Source: Bacteroidota bacterium (GTDB lineage: Bacteria; Bacteroidota; Bacteroidia; Flavobacteriales; Flavobacteriaceae). Taken from it: a stretch of DNA of 64,000 nucleotides. Below the pieces are notes generated by a model. That model saw only the letters and a list, made by a program, of their open reading frames with translations. It searched no databases and was not told the origin of the DNA. The first letter of the stretch is position 1, and each line of letters starts with the position of its first letter. The translations under genes were made by a program, and so were the position numbers. Of the stretch, positions 19,296 through 28,725 are shown in pieces. The stretch covers positions 14,823-78,822 of the forward strand of contig JAZKHA010000021.1 in assembly GCA_040385625.1 (NCBI GenBank), given 5' to 3'.

Positions 19296-19868
19296 TTACA
19301 AATTTTCAATTACATTACTCAATCGCTCTGTAATTTCTGCAATAGTACCGATACCGTTTACGGCATAAAATTTATTTTGCTCCTTATAATAATCCATTAG
19401 TGGAGCTGTTTTTTCGTTATACTCTTGGTAACGATTTCTTATCTTTTCTTCGTCTTGATCATCAGCTCTACCCGAAGTTTTTCCTCTTTCCAACAAACGT
19501 TGTACTAAAATTTCATCTTCAGCTTCCAAGGCTATGGTTGCCGTAATTTTTTGATTTCTTGAAGTCAAAAAAAGATCTAAAGCTCCCGCTTGTGCCAAAG
19601 TTCTTGGAAAACCGTCGAATAAAAATCCATCGGAATGTGGGTTTTTCTCCACCTCATCTTCCAACATATTGATAGTTAAACTATCTGGAACCAAATCCCC
19701 TCTATCAATGTATGTTTTGGCTTCTATACCAAGTGGCGTGTTATTTTTTATATTGAATCGAAAAATATCACCTGTAGACAAGTGGGTTAAATTGTATTTT
19801 CCTTTTAAAAATTCTGCTTGTGTGCCTTTTCCTGCACCAGGTTTTCCGAAAAGAACGATATTAATCAT
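19296..19868 (-). CDS. adk: Adenylate kinase
   Basis: P-loop GKPGAGKGTQ, STGDIFR, and LFDGFPRTLAQA. 190 aa, short-lid type. Confidence 0.92.
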   Translation of the reverse strand: MINIVLFGKPGAGKGTQAEFLKGKYNLTHLSTGDIFRFNIKNNTPLGIEAKTYIDRGDLVPDSLTINMLEDEVEKNPHSDGFLFDGFPRTLAQAGALDLFLTSRNQKITATIALEAEDEILVQRLLERGKTSGRADDQDEEKIRNRYQEYNEKTAPLMDYYKEQNKFYAVNGIGTIAEITERLSNVIENL

Positions 19869-19939
19869 TTTAATTTTTTAATTATAAAATTTGAATTTCT
19901 CTCTCCCGATACTTCGGGATTACTCGAACTACAAGTTAA

Positions 19940-20473
19940 TTATTCTGCTAATTGGTAAACATCTTTCAAGTTTCTTCCTAAACCATCATAGTCCAATCCG
20001 AAACCAACAATAAATTTATTCGGAATACGTACTCCAACATAATCTAACTTGATGTCTTTTTTGTATGCTTCTGGTTTTAGGAAAAGAGTCGCGATTTTAA
20101 AATGCTTTACTCCTTTATTTTTGAAAATATGCTTCAATTCTTCAATCGTATTTCCAGTATCAACAATATCTTCTACTATAATTACGGTACGTCCCTCCAG
20201 ATTTTGATTTAAGCCGATTAACTGCTTAACTTCATTGGTAGATTGTGTTCCTTCATACGAAGCCATTTTTACAAATGACACTTCACATTGATGTTCGTAA
20301 TGTTTCATCAAATCGGACATTACCATAAAAGAACCATTCAAAACACCAATAAAAACTGGCGTTTCATCTTGAAAGTCATCTGAAATTTGCTTGGCCATAT
20401 TGGCAATAGCAAAGTCCAATTCTTGTGCCGAAATAAACGGAACAAAGTATTTGTCGTGTAACTTAATTTCCAT
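19940..20473 (-). CDS. hpt: Hypoxanthine phosphoribosyltransferase
   Basis: PRPP-binding motif VIIVEDIVDTGNT plus FIVGFGLDY. 177 aa. Confidence 0.9.
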   Translation of the reverse strand: MEIKLHDKYFVPFISAQELDFAIANMAKQISDDFQDETPVFIGVLNGSFMVMSDLMKHYEHQCEVSFVKMASYEGTQSTNEVKQLIGLNQNLEGRTVIIVEDIVDTGNTIEELKHIFKNKGVKHFKIATLFLKPEAYKKDIKLDYVGVRIPNKFIVGFGLDYDGLGRNLKDVYQLAE

Positions 20474-20495
20474 AGTTGTGATTAGAAATAAAGGG

Positions 20496-20503
20496 CAAAG
20501 ATA
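20496..20503 (-). promoter_or_regulatory. -7 promoter box (TATCTTTG on the minus strand) for hpt
   Basis: The reverse complement of CAAAGATA is an exact TAnnTTTG match, 22 nt upstream of the hpt ATG. Confidence 0.5.
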
Positions 20504-20527
20504 GTAAAATCAAATTCAGATTTTGGT

Positions 20528-20548
20528 TTTTAGATTTTAGATTTTAGA
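20528..20548. repeat. Three perfect tandem copies of the heptamer TTTTAGA
   Basis: Read directly as ttttaga ttttaga ttttaga, preceded by a degenerate copy (attttgg). It lies in the divergent hpt / hypothetical-gene intergenic region. Confidence 0.9.
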
Positions 20549-20588
20549 ACTTTTCAAACTCATACACAATAAATTGTATTTTTGAAAA

Positions 20589-21134
20589 ATGAAATCTGAA
20601 TTATACCAACTTTTAGAAAATTGCACAATCGCCCGAAAAGAGCGTGACAAAATGCGCAATTTGGTGATCCGGAAACCAGAATTAACACCCGAATTATGTT
20701 CGATAGCGTTTCATTTAGAAGATGAAATTCATATAAAAGCCTATTGGATTTTAGAATTAATAAGCGAAAAGAAACTCAAACTTTTAGTTCCATATATTGA
20801 AGATTTTTGCGAAACTATCCCAAAACTGACAGACGATTCTGCAAAAAGGACCGCCTCACATATTATTTATTATTTAGCCAAAAGCAATCACCGAGCTAAC
20901 GGGATTAACCTCACGCAATTACAAGAAACGCAAATCATCGAAATGTGTTTTGATTGGCTCATTCGCGACGAAAAAGTAGCCACCAAAGTCTACGCTATTA
21001 AAGCTTTATTCGTACTCGGAAAAAAATACGATTGGATTCATCCCGAACTCAAAAACATCATTCAGCAAGATTACACGCATCATACTGCAGCCTATCAAGC
21101 CGCTACGAGAATTATCCTAAAAAAGCTGAAATAG
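20589..21134 (+). CDS. Hypothetical all-helical (HEAT/ARM-like) protein
   Basis: 181-aa ORF with no signal peptide and a helical-repeat character. No catalytic motif recognised. Confidence 0.55.
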   Translation: MKSELYQLLENCTIARKERDKMRNLVIRKPELTPELCSIAFHLEDEIHIKAYWILELISEKKLKLLVPYIEDFCETIPKLTDDSAKRTASHIIYYLAKSNHRANGINLTQLQETQIIEMCFDWLIRDEKVATKVYAIKALFVLGKKYDWIHPELKNIIQQDYTHHTAAYQAATRIILKKLK

Positions 21135-21318
21135 TAAACATTAACAATTTTTGCGGAAAAACCGTAAGGTGCAGTGGAAAATTATATATATTTTTAACTA
21201 AGAATTTCTTACGGAATTAAAATAACAATACCACATTTTAATTCTTGTACATAATTCTATCATAAATACCTACTTATTCTAATAAAGAAACTATTTAACC
21301 CAAAGTAACTTTATTTAT

Positions 21319-21343
21319 AAACCCCGACAAATGTTGGGGTTTT
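21319..21343 (+). terminator. Orphan terminator-like hairpin in the 396-nt region upstream of purK
   Basis: 10-bp stem AAACCCCGAC / GTTGGGGTTT (one G-U pair) with an AAAT loop and a T-rich tail. It is 185 nt from the nearest upstream stop codon. Confidence 0.45.
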
Positions 21344-21503
21344 ATAATTAAAAGAAGTCCTGTCTAACTAAATTTAGTGAACGGAAATGTAAAAATCATC
21401 CTTTTCATTATTTTCCGAAAATTAATTCAATACACTCGGATTTAAAATTCCAGCAGTCAAAACAGTAACCAATAAATCTACTTGTCAACATTTTTAAAAA
21501 GTT

Positions 21504-21511
21504 TATCTTTG
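21504..21511 (+). promoter_or_regulatory. -7 promoter box (TATCTTTG) for purK-purE
   Basis: Exact TAnnTTTG match 19 nt before the purK ATG. A TTG sits about 20 nt upstream (21482-21484). Confidence 0.55.
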
Positions 21512-21530
21512 TGCACACAACTAGATTACA

Positions 21531-22688
21531 ATGAACTACTTTTCTTCCGATTTTAAATTAGGAATACTAGGCGGAGGCCAGTTAGGCAAGATGCTCTTAA
21601 CCGAAACTCGAAAATACGACATACAAACTTTAGTCCTTGACCCAAGTGAAGAAGCGCCGGCTCGTTATGGTTGCAATGCTTTTTACAAAGGAAGTCTATT
21701 AGAATACGACACCGTTTATCAATTTGGCAAAATGGTTAATGTATTAACCATAGAAATTGAAAATGTAAACCTTGAAGCGCTAGAAAAACTAGAAGAAGAA
21801 GGATTACCTGTTTTCCCATCTCCTAAAACGTTACGACTTATACAAAATAAAGGACGCCAGAAAGATTATTATGTAGAACATAAAATCCCAACTTCTGGCC
21901 ACCAACGATTTGTAGATATTTCCGATTTAAAGAAAGCAATAGAAAAAGACGAATTGGATTTTCCTTTTGTTTGGAAAGCTGCACAAGGCGGATACGACGG
22001 TAATGGTGTGAAAATTGTTCGCTCCACTATCGATTTAATTGATCTTCCAGAAGTGGAATGTATCGCCGAAGATATGGTGCCGTTTAAAAATGAATTGGCA
22101 GTTATTGTGGCTCGTAGTCCAAAAGGAGAAGTAAAAACCTATCCGGTAGTCGAGATGGAATTTCATCCTGAAGCCAATCAAGTAGAATACACCATTTGTC
22201 CAGCACGTATTTCCAAAAAAGTCGCCAACAAAGCCCAAAAAATTGCCTTACAAGTTTCTGAAGCTTTTAATCACGTAGGATTATTAGCAGTAGAAATGTT
22301 TCAAACGGAAGACGATGATATTTTAGTAAATGAAGTGGCTCCTCGCCCACACAATTCGGGACACTACAGCATTGAAGCTAGTTATACTTCACAATTTGAA
22401 CAACATTTACGTGCCGTTTTAGATTTACCTTTGGGTGCTACCGATAGTAAAGTTGCCGGAATTATGGTAAATTTGGTTGGTGAAGAAGGATTTTCGGGAC
22501 AAGTACATTACGAAAACATCGAAAAAATTATGGCCATTGAAGGTGTAACTCCACATATTTATGGCAAACGCGAAACGCGTCCGTTTCGTAAAATGGGACA
22601 CGTGACAATTGTTAACGAAGACATGAAGGAAGCCAGACGAATTGCGGAAGAAGTGAAGAATAGTATTCGAGTGATTAGTCTTAAATAA
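21531..22688 (+). CDS. purK: 5-(carboxyamino)imidazole ribonucleotide synthase
   Basis: ATP-grasp protein. N-terminus LGILGGGQLGKM, plus NEVAPRPHNSGH and RKMGHVT. Confidence 0.92.
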   Translation: MNYFSSDFKLGILGGGQLGKMLLTETRKYDIQTLVLDPSEEAPARYGCNAFYKGSLLEYDTVYQFGKMVNVLTIEIENVNLEALEKLEEEGLPVFPSPKTLRLIQNKGRQKDYYVEHKIPTSGHQRFVDISDLKKAIEKDELDFPFVWKAAQGGYDGNGVKIVRSTIDLIDLPEVECIAEDMVPFKNELAVIVARSPKGEVKTYPVVEMEFHPEANQVEYTICPARISKKVANKAQKIALQVSEAFNHVGLLAVEMFQTEDDDILVNEVAPRPHNSGHYSIEASYTSQFEQHLRAVLDLPLGATDSKVAGIMVNLVGEEGFSGQVHYENIEKIMAIEGVTPHIYGKRETRPFRKMGHVTIVNEDMKEARRIAEEVKNSIRVISLK

Positions 22689-22757
22689 GCCGTATTCCGT
22701 TTATCATTTTATTAAATAATTTAAAAATCAAATAACCAAATCAATAAATACAACACA

Positions 22758-23243
22758 ATGAATAAAGTAGCGGTAATCATGGGAAGCATATCCGATATGC
22801 CTGTAATGCAAGAAGCCATCGATGTATTAAAAGGATTTGACATTGAAGTTGAAGTCGACATTGTGTCGGCACATCGTACCCCTGAAAAACTTTTCGATTT
22901 TAGTCAAAATGCTCATACTCGTGGAATTTCGGTTGTTATTGCTGGTGCCGGTGGCGCTGCTCATTTACCAGGAATGGTAGCCAGTATGAGTCCGTTGCCT
23001 GTAATTGGAGTTCCTGTGAAATCAAGTAATTCTATAGATGGCTGGGATTCGGTATTATCGATCTTACAAATGCCAGGTGGTGTTCCTGTAGCTACTGTTG
23101 CCTTAAACGGAGCAAAAAACGCAGGGATTTTGGCCGCACAAATTATTGGTTCTGGTGACAAATCTGTCCAGGATAAAATGATTGCATACAAAGAAAGTTT
23201 GAAAGAAACTGTGCTTTTGGCATCAGCAAATTTGAAGAAATAA
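22758..23243 (+). CDS. purE: 5-(carboxyamino)imidazole ribonucleotide mutase
   Basis: VAVIMGSISD, SAHRTP, and AGGAAHLPGMVAS. 161 aa. Confidence 0.93.
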   Translation: MNKVAVIMGSISDMPVMQEAIDVLKGFDIEVEVDIVSAHRTPEKLFDFSQNAHTRGISVVIAGAGGAAHLPGMVASMSPLPVIGVPVKSSNSIDGWDSVLSILQMPGGVPVATVALNGAKNAGILAAQIIGSGDKSVQDKMIAYKESLKETVLLASANLKK

Positions 23244-23244
23244 A

Positions 23245-23270
23245 AAAGCTCCAGTGGTATTTGGAGCTTT
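23245..23270 (+). terminator. Probable terminator after purE
   Basis: 9-bp stem AAAGCTCCA / TGGAGCTTT with an 8-nt loop. The T tail is weak. Confidence 0.5.
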
Positions 23271-23407
23271 AAGTAACACAAACATAAATACCGATTGGGT
23301 TAAATCAATACTTAAATTTTAAATATTTTAGACTGTAACAGTACTTTTCTGATTTTCAGTCACGAATATAGTATTAGTTTCGATATAACACAAATAAAAT
23401 CGACGAA

Positions 23408-25444
23408 ATGCACAAAAATATGAAAATTCTTACATCAAAATTCAACACAAAATACGACACAGCACCATTCCAATCAATAGAAATGGACGATTATGTTCCC
23501 GCTATTAAAGAAGGAATTTTAATCACCCGAAAGGAAATTGATGCTATCGTAAGTAATTCTGAAACGCCAACTTTCGAAAATACGATTGAGGCTTTAGAAT
23601 ATGCTGGAAACACATTAGATCGAATTACAAGTATTTTCTTTAATTTGAATTCGGCAGAAACCAATGACGAAATGCAAAAAATGGCGCAAGAAGTTTCGCC
23701 TTTACTAACCGAATTGGCCAACGACATTTCTTTAAACGAAACCTTATTCAAAAGAGTAAAAGCGGTTTATGAAAAAAGAGATGATTTAACGCTAACAACC
23801 GAACAAGCTACTTTATTAGACAAAAAATACAAAGGTTTTTCTAGAAATGGAGCACTTCTAGCAGAAGAGAAGAAATCACGCCTGAGAGAGATTGATACTG
23901 ATTTGGCAAAATTAAAATTGACGTATGGTGAAAATGTTTTGGCGGAAACCAACAACTACGAACTTCATCTTACGGATGAATCTGATTTAAAAGGCTTACC
24001 ACAAGATACCATTGAGTCGGCACATTCCTTGGCCAAAAACAAAGATAAAGAAGGTTGGATTTTCACTTTAGACATGCCTAGCTACTTACCTTTTGTGACT
24101 TATGCCGACAATCGTGAGTTACGCAAAGAAATGGCTATCGCAGCTGGTAAAAAAGCATTTCAAAACAACCAATATGACAACCAAGAGAATGTCAAAAAAA
24201 TAGTAGCCCTTCGTCATGAAAGAGCGCAACTATTGGGTTATGAATCGCATGGCCATTTTGTTTTGGAAGAACGCATGGCTCAAAATCCAGATAAAGTCAA
24301 ATCTTTTTTGAATGATTTATTGACCAAAGCCAAACCAGCTGCCGAGAGAGAATTTGCGCAACTGACTGCTTTCGCTAAAAAATTAGATTCGATCGAGCAA
24401 TTACAAAAATGGGATGGAGCCTATTATTCAGAAAAATTAAAACAAGAACTATTCAATTTGGATGACGAAATGTTGAAACCGTACTTCAAATTACAAAATG
24501 TTCAAAATGGAGCATTTGAAATAGCTAAAAAATTATACGGATTAACTTTTACAGAAGTTTTTGACATTGACAAATACCATGAAGACATACATACTTTTGA
24601 AGTAAGTGATGAAAAAGGGGATTTAGTGGCGGTATTCTATTCTGATTTCTTTCCAAGAAAAGGAAAACGAAACGGTGCTTGGATGACTTCATTCAAACAC
24701 CAATATGTAAAAGAAGGAGAACAAGAGCGCCCACACGTTTCTATCGTTTGTAATTTTACCAAACCTACTGAGACTAAACCTTCGCTATTAACTTTTAATG
24801 AAGTAACGACATTATTCCACGAATTTGGACATGCGTTACACGGCATGTTGGCAAACACTACGTACCCGAGTTTATCGGGAACTTCGGTGTATTGGGATTT
24901 TGTAGAATTACCAAGTCAGGTGATGGAAAACTGGTGCTACGAACCGGAAGCCTTGGCAATTTTTGCCAAGCATTATGAAACAGGCGAAATTATTCCGCAA
25001 CAATATGTAGACAAAATCAAAGAAAGTGCTTCTTTTCTAGAAGGAATTGCAACGATGCGTCAAATAAGTTTCGGTTTGTTAGACATGTCATTTCATGGTC
25101 AACCTGTTACTGTCGAAAATGTAAAAGCCTTTGAAAAAAAGGCAATGAAAAACACTGCTTTGTATCCAGATGTAGAAGAAAACTGTATGAGTGTTTCGTT
25201 TTCACATATTTTCCAAGGGGGCTATTCATCAGGATATTACAGTTACAAATGGGCAGAAGTTTTGGATGCTGATGCATTTGCCTATTTTCAAGAAAAAGGC
25301 ATTTTCAACAAAGAAGTGGCAGACAAATTTAAAAACAATGTACTTTCTAAAGGAGGAACCGAACTCCCGATGGAATTGTACAAACGTTTTAGAGGTCAAG
25401 AACCTAAACCAGAAGCTTTGTTGAAAAGAGCAGGCTTGATTTAG
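23408..25444 (+). CDS. dcp: M3-family peptidyl-dipeptidase (Dcp-like)
   Basis: Zinc motif HEFGHALHG followed by a downstream E (FVELPSQ). About 678 aa. An alternative start exists at Met5 (23420). Confidence 0.85.
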   Translation: MHKNMKILTSKFNTKYDTAPFQSIEMDDYVPAIKEGILITRKEIDAIVSNSETPTFENTIEALEYAGNTLDRITSIFFNLNSAETNDEMQKMAQEVSPLLTELANDISLNETLFKRVKAVYEKRDDLTLTTEQATLLDKKYKGFSRNGALLAEEKKSRLREIDTDLAKLKLTYGENVLAETNNYELHLTDESDLKGLPQDTIESAHSLAKNKDKEGWIFTLDMPSYLPFVTYADNRELRKEMAIAAGKKAFQNNQYDNQENVKKIVALRHERAQLLGYESHGHFVLEERMAQNPDKVKSFLNDLLTKAKPAAEREFAQLTAFAKKLDSIEQLQKWDGAYYSEKLKQELFNLDDEMLKPYFKLQNVQNGAFEIAKKLYGLTFTEVFDIDKYHEDIHTFEVSDEKGDLVAVFYSDFFPRKGKRNGAWMTSFKHQYVKEGEQERPHVSIVCNFTKPTETKPSLLTFNEVTTLFHEFGHALHGMLANTTYPSLSGTSVYWDFVELPSQVMENWCYEPEALAIFAKHYETGEIIPQQYVDKIKESASFLEGIATMRQISFGLLDMSFHGQPVTVENVKAFEKKAMKNTALYPDVEENCMSVSFSHIFQGGYSSGYYSYKWAEVLDADAFAYFQEKGIFNKEVADKFKNNVLSKGGTELPMELYKRFRGQEPKPEALLKRAGLI

Positions 25445-25468
25445 ATTATTAGTCTATAGTTAAAAATG

Positions 25469-25496
25469 AACCGAAGTTAATAGCTTCGGTTTTTTA
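25469..25496. terminator. Bidirectional terminator between dcp and the convergent membrane-protein gene
   Basis: Stem AACCGAAG / CTTCGGTT with a 7-nt loop. T-runs are present on both strands, and the plus-strand T-run overlaps the stop codon of the minus-strand gene. Confidence 0.75.
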
Positions 25497-26312
25497 TTTC
25501 CAAAAAATAACTAACAGCCACCAAAAAACAGGCACACTTTCTACCCAAAATGAAGTGTAATATTCAGAACGCTTTGGACTTGAAAAAATTGTAAACAAAG
25601 CCAGTACTAATATTAAAATTAAATTAATCCAAAGTTGTTGCACCTGAAAATCTGATTTTAAAAATTCAAGACAATAAAACGGAATTAGTAGAAAAAGATT
25701 TAAGCGTTTTGTTTTCTCAATGCCTAGTTTTTGAGGAACGGTTTGTAACGATAAATCATCATTTTTTAAGTCGATAATTTCAAAAATCAGAATCAAAATA
25801 ATAACCAGCAAGAACCGCTGAGAGAATTTTAGCCAAACATCATGGCTAAGTGGCGAATCTGCATTAATAATAGGCAGAAAAAGCGTAATTCCCGCCCAAC
25901 AAAAAGCAACAATATAAATTTTGACACCAGCCCAGTTTCGAGCATTCCCCATCTTTGGAAAAACCGGCAAGGTGTACAAAATTGTTAATCCAAAAAAAAG
26001 AACGGTGACTAACTGTGTTGCTAATTTCAATTGAAAAAAACAATATCCTGATGCGAAAAAAGAGAAGATACTTAATACAACAATTGCTTTTCTTTCTAAA
26101 GTCAACTTGAGTTTTTTAGCTCTGACTAATTCGTCATACTTCACAAAGTTATACCCTACAATGGTTCCAAAAAAAGCAAAAAAAGCCATTGGCACATCGT
26201 ATTCAATATGAAAGAAATGAAAAGTCATTCTGACCAGAGCATACACAGCCAAAGCCACATGAATACTTCCATGAATATAGAAATCGAGTATTTTTTTAAA
26301 AAAACTAATCAT
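25494..26312 (-). CDS. Polytopic membrane protein, tentatively UbiA-prenyltransferase-like, translationally coupled to pbpC
   Basis: 272 aa with about 8 hydrophobic helices. There is one Asp-rich loop (EIIDLKNDD, a DxxxD pattern). Its ATG lies inside the last codons of pbpC (ATGATTAG overlap, 26305-26312). Confidence 0.5.
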   Translation of the reverse strand: MISFFKKILDFYIHGSIHVALAVYALVRMTFHFFHIEYDVPMAFFAFFGTIVGYNFVKYDELVRAKKLKLTLERKAIVVLSIFSFFASGYCFFQLKLATQLVTVLFFGLTILYTLPVFPKMGNARNWAGVKIYIVAFCWAGITLFLPIINADSPLSHDVWLKFSQRFLLVIILILIFEIIDLKNDDLSLQTVPQKLGIEKTKRLNLFLLIPFYCLEFLKSDFQVQQLWINLILILVLALFTIFSSPKRSEYYTSFWVESVPVFWWLLVIFWK

Positions 26313-28692
26313 TCACAATTTCGACTTTCTGTTTAATTTCATTTCCTTTCTCATCTACTACAGTAATTAAATGCATCCCTGAGCTAACTACGACAGGCAT
26401 TTCATGAAACGTTTGAGTCGTCCCTTTGTATTCCTTATCAATATACCAAAACAATTTATAATCCCGATTACTATGTGCCACTTTTAAAACAACAGGTTGG
26501 ATTTTTCCTTCAAAATTTTTGGTTAAGTAAATTTTACTCTTTCCTTTTGGATAAATGAATCCCATAGTAGATTGCTGCGCTCCCTGACAATCATTTCTAA
26601 AAGGCGGCATTGGTCTGTAATCGATATGTTGGTTTTTATAATACCATTCCATCACAGGAGGCAATACAAACCAACTTTGCGTAATCATAGTATCGACATT
26701 CTCACAGGTACTGTTTACCCGAAATTGTCGCGTTTGATCCAAATGAATCAACTGATGATAAGGGCACGCCTTAGTTTTTTTACCGTTTTTCGAAATCATT
26801 TGTTCAATCTTCGGACAATTATCCTGTGCCAAATGACCACTTAGTACACAACATTCAACGGTTACTAAATCATGCAAAGGTTGTTTAAACCATTTTTTTC
26901 TTGGCAAAAGATTGAAAACATCAAACAAAATCGGTGCGGCACTCTCAATCCCAGTTAATTGTGGCCGCCCTTCACCCGATGCATTTCCTACCCAAATACC
27001 CACCACATAATCACTATTTGTTCCTATTGCCCACGCATCGCGATTCCCGAAACTTGTCCCGGTTTTCCATGCAATTTCCATGGAAGAATCATAAAAACGC
27101 CAAGCTTCATCGGCTTCGGGACGATTGACTTCCTTCATGGCATTGTATGTTAAATAAACAGCGCCAGCACCAACAATTGGTTTTTCAGTTGTCTCATCAC
27201 CGAAATCCTGTTCGAAATCATTTTGATAGTTCAATTCAGAAAACTCATCCTCTCTGTATTTCCCAAAAGTCTGAACATGATAATTTAATGTTGATGTGAG
27301 ATTTGCATACGTTCGGCACAAATCCCATAAATTACTTTCGGCTCCACCTAAAATCAAAGACAAACCATAATGATCCGGATGCTTATTGATGTTTTTTAAT
27401 TTGAACTGTTGTAGCGTTTCATAGAATTTATGCACTCCATGTTCTTGCAACATTAATACCGAAGGAATATTCAATGATCGCGACAACGCTCTTTGTGCTG
27501 GTACCGCACCATCAAAAGTCAGATTAAAATTTTGTGGTGCATACCCCGATATCTGAGTGGGTACATCCGCTACAAGTGTATTGGGTAAAATTTCACCTTC
27601 ATCTAGCATCGAAGCAAACAACAACGGCTTAAGGATACTTCCGGTACTCCTAGGTGCTGTGATAATATCAACATCTTTATCATGCATCCCATCTGTAGGC
27701 GAATTCCCTACATAACTGATGATGTTCCTGTTTTTAATATCAATAACCAAAACCGCCATATTATGCACTTCATTTTGACTGTACTGACTGTGGTATTGTT
27801 TTACGATTTGATTAATCCTATTTTGCAATGAAAGATTAACCGTGGTTTTAATTTTCTGTCCCTCATTATCTAAAGCTACTTTTTCCAATAAATGAGGCGT
27901 AATTTGCGGCAACAAATAAGGTTTTTGAGGCAATGGTTCTCTCAATGATAAATCGTAAGTCATGGCGTCAATAATACCATTATCCATTAACTTTTTAAGA
28001 AGCGTATTTCGTTTTCTTAAAAGCTGCTGCTGATTTTTACCCGGATAAATAAGTCGAGGTGCGTTAGGCAAAACTGCTAGTGTAGCACTTTCTGCCCATG
28101 AAAGTTGATGCGGTTGAACTCCAAAATAACGCCAGGCTGCCATTTCAAGTCCTACTACGTTTCCACCAAAAGGAGCGTGAGCAGAATACAATTCTAAAAT
28201 ACTTTCTTTTGAATATCTGAATTCTAATCGGGTGGCCAATATAATTTCTACAACTTTTTCAAAATAGGATCTTTTCTTATTCTTTCGGGACAAGCGAATA
28301 ACTTGCTGGGTAATAGTACTCCCCCCACGAACTACCTTTCCAGCTTTTCTGTTTTGCTGAATTGCTTTTACCATTGCCACAGGATTAAATCCGAAATGAT
28401 ACTTAAAGTGCTCGTCTTCAAAATTTATCAGGCATTGCTTAAATTTGTCCGGAATACTATCCTGTTCCGGAAAACGCCACTGACCATCCCTTGCAATTTT
28501 AGCCGCTAACAGATCTCCTTCATTACTCTCAATCACGGTTGAAAACGGTTCTTCAAATAATGTTTGTGGCAACGAAAAATAGTAAAGCACGAGCAATGTA
28601 AACCCAACTGCTGATTTTATCCTGTTTGCTTTAACCCAATTGATTGTCTTGACAAGCCTTGGAAACTTATCAAGTTTGATTTTATCATTCAT
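26305..28692 (-). CDS. pbpC: Penicillin-binding protein 1C (bifunctional glycosyltransferase/transpeptidase-type)
   Basis: GT51 motifs FEDEHFKYHFGFNP and GGSTITQQV. Transpeptidase motifs STGSILKP and KTGTS. A C-terminal PBP1C-specific domain. 795 aa, located downstream of the alpha-2-macroglobulin gene. Confidence 0.88.
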   Translation of the reverse strand: MNDKIKLDKFPRLVKTINWVKANRIKSAVGFTLLVLYYFSLPQTLFEEPFSTVIESNEGDLLAAKIARDGQWRFPEQDSIPDKFKQCLINFEDEHFKYHFGFNPVAMVKAIQQNRKAGKVVRGGSTITQQVIRLSRKNKKRSYFEKVVEIILATRLEFRYSKESILELYSAHAPFGGNVVGLEMAAWRYFGVQPHQLSWAESATLAVLPNAPRLIYPGKNQQQLLRKRNTLLKKLMDNGIIDAMTYDLSLREPLPQKPYLLPQITPHLLEKVALDNEGQKIKTTVNLSLQNRINQIVKQYHSQYSQNEVHNMAVLVIDIKNRNIISYVGNSPTDGMHDKDVDIITAPRSTGSILKPLLFASMLDEGEILPNTLVADVPTQISGYAPQNFNLTFDGAVPAQRALSRSLNIPSVLMLQEHGVHKFYETLQQFKLKNINKHPDHYGLSLILGGAESNLWDLCRTYANLTSTLNYHVQTFGKYREDEFSELNYQNDFEQDFGDETTEKPIVGAGAVYLTYNAMKEVNRPEADEAWRFYDSSMEIAWKTGTSFGNRDAWAIGTNSDYVVGIWVGNASGEGRPQLTGIESAAPILFDVFNLLPRKKWFKQPLHDLVTVECCVLSGHLAQDNCPKIEQMISKNGKKTKACPYHQLIHLDQTRQFRVNSTCENVDTMITQSWFVLPPVMEWYYKNQHIDYRPMPPFRNDCQGAQQSTMGFIYPKGKSKIYLTKNFEGKIQPVVLKVAHSNRDYKLFWYIDKEYKGTTQTFHEMPVVVSSGMHLITVVDEKGNEIKQKVEIVND

Positions 28693-28701
28693 ATTATAAA
28701 A

Positions 28702-28725
28702 CTGACAGGTCCTAAAACCTGTCAG
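28702..28725 (-). promoter_or_regulatory. Perfect 9-bp hairpin in the 44-nt spacer between the A2M stop and the pbpC start
   Basis: CTGACAGGT-CCTAAA-ACCTGTCAG on the plus strand. On the mRNA strand it is followed by UUUUAUAAUAUG, whose final AUG is the pbpC start codon. Confidence 0.6.

Noticed and set aside
19904-19919. Hairpin TCCCGA-TACT-TCGGGA between hpt and adk as a terminator
   Set aside because: The stem is only 6 bp with no T-run on the transcribed (minus) strand. hpt-adk co-transcription, or a weak structure, is equally likely.
20528-20548. A CRISPR-like or minisatellite repeat
   Set aside because: It is three 7-nt units with no spacers and no cas genes in the window, so it is a simple micro-tandem repeat.
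21135-21530. Purine or ZTP (pfl) riboswitch upstream of purK-purE
   Set aside because: There is no match by eye to the purine three-way-junction consensus or to the ZTP CCGCCTGGGC-type pseudoknot element. Only the orphan hairpin is reported as a finding.
22961-23281. 106-aa minus-strand ORF overlapping purE and its terminator
   Set aside because: It is antisense to a highly conserved purE coding sequence and runs through the terminator hairpin. There is no supporting signal.
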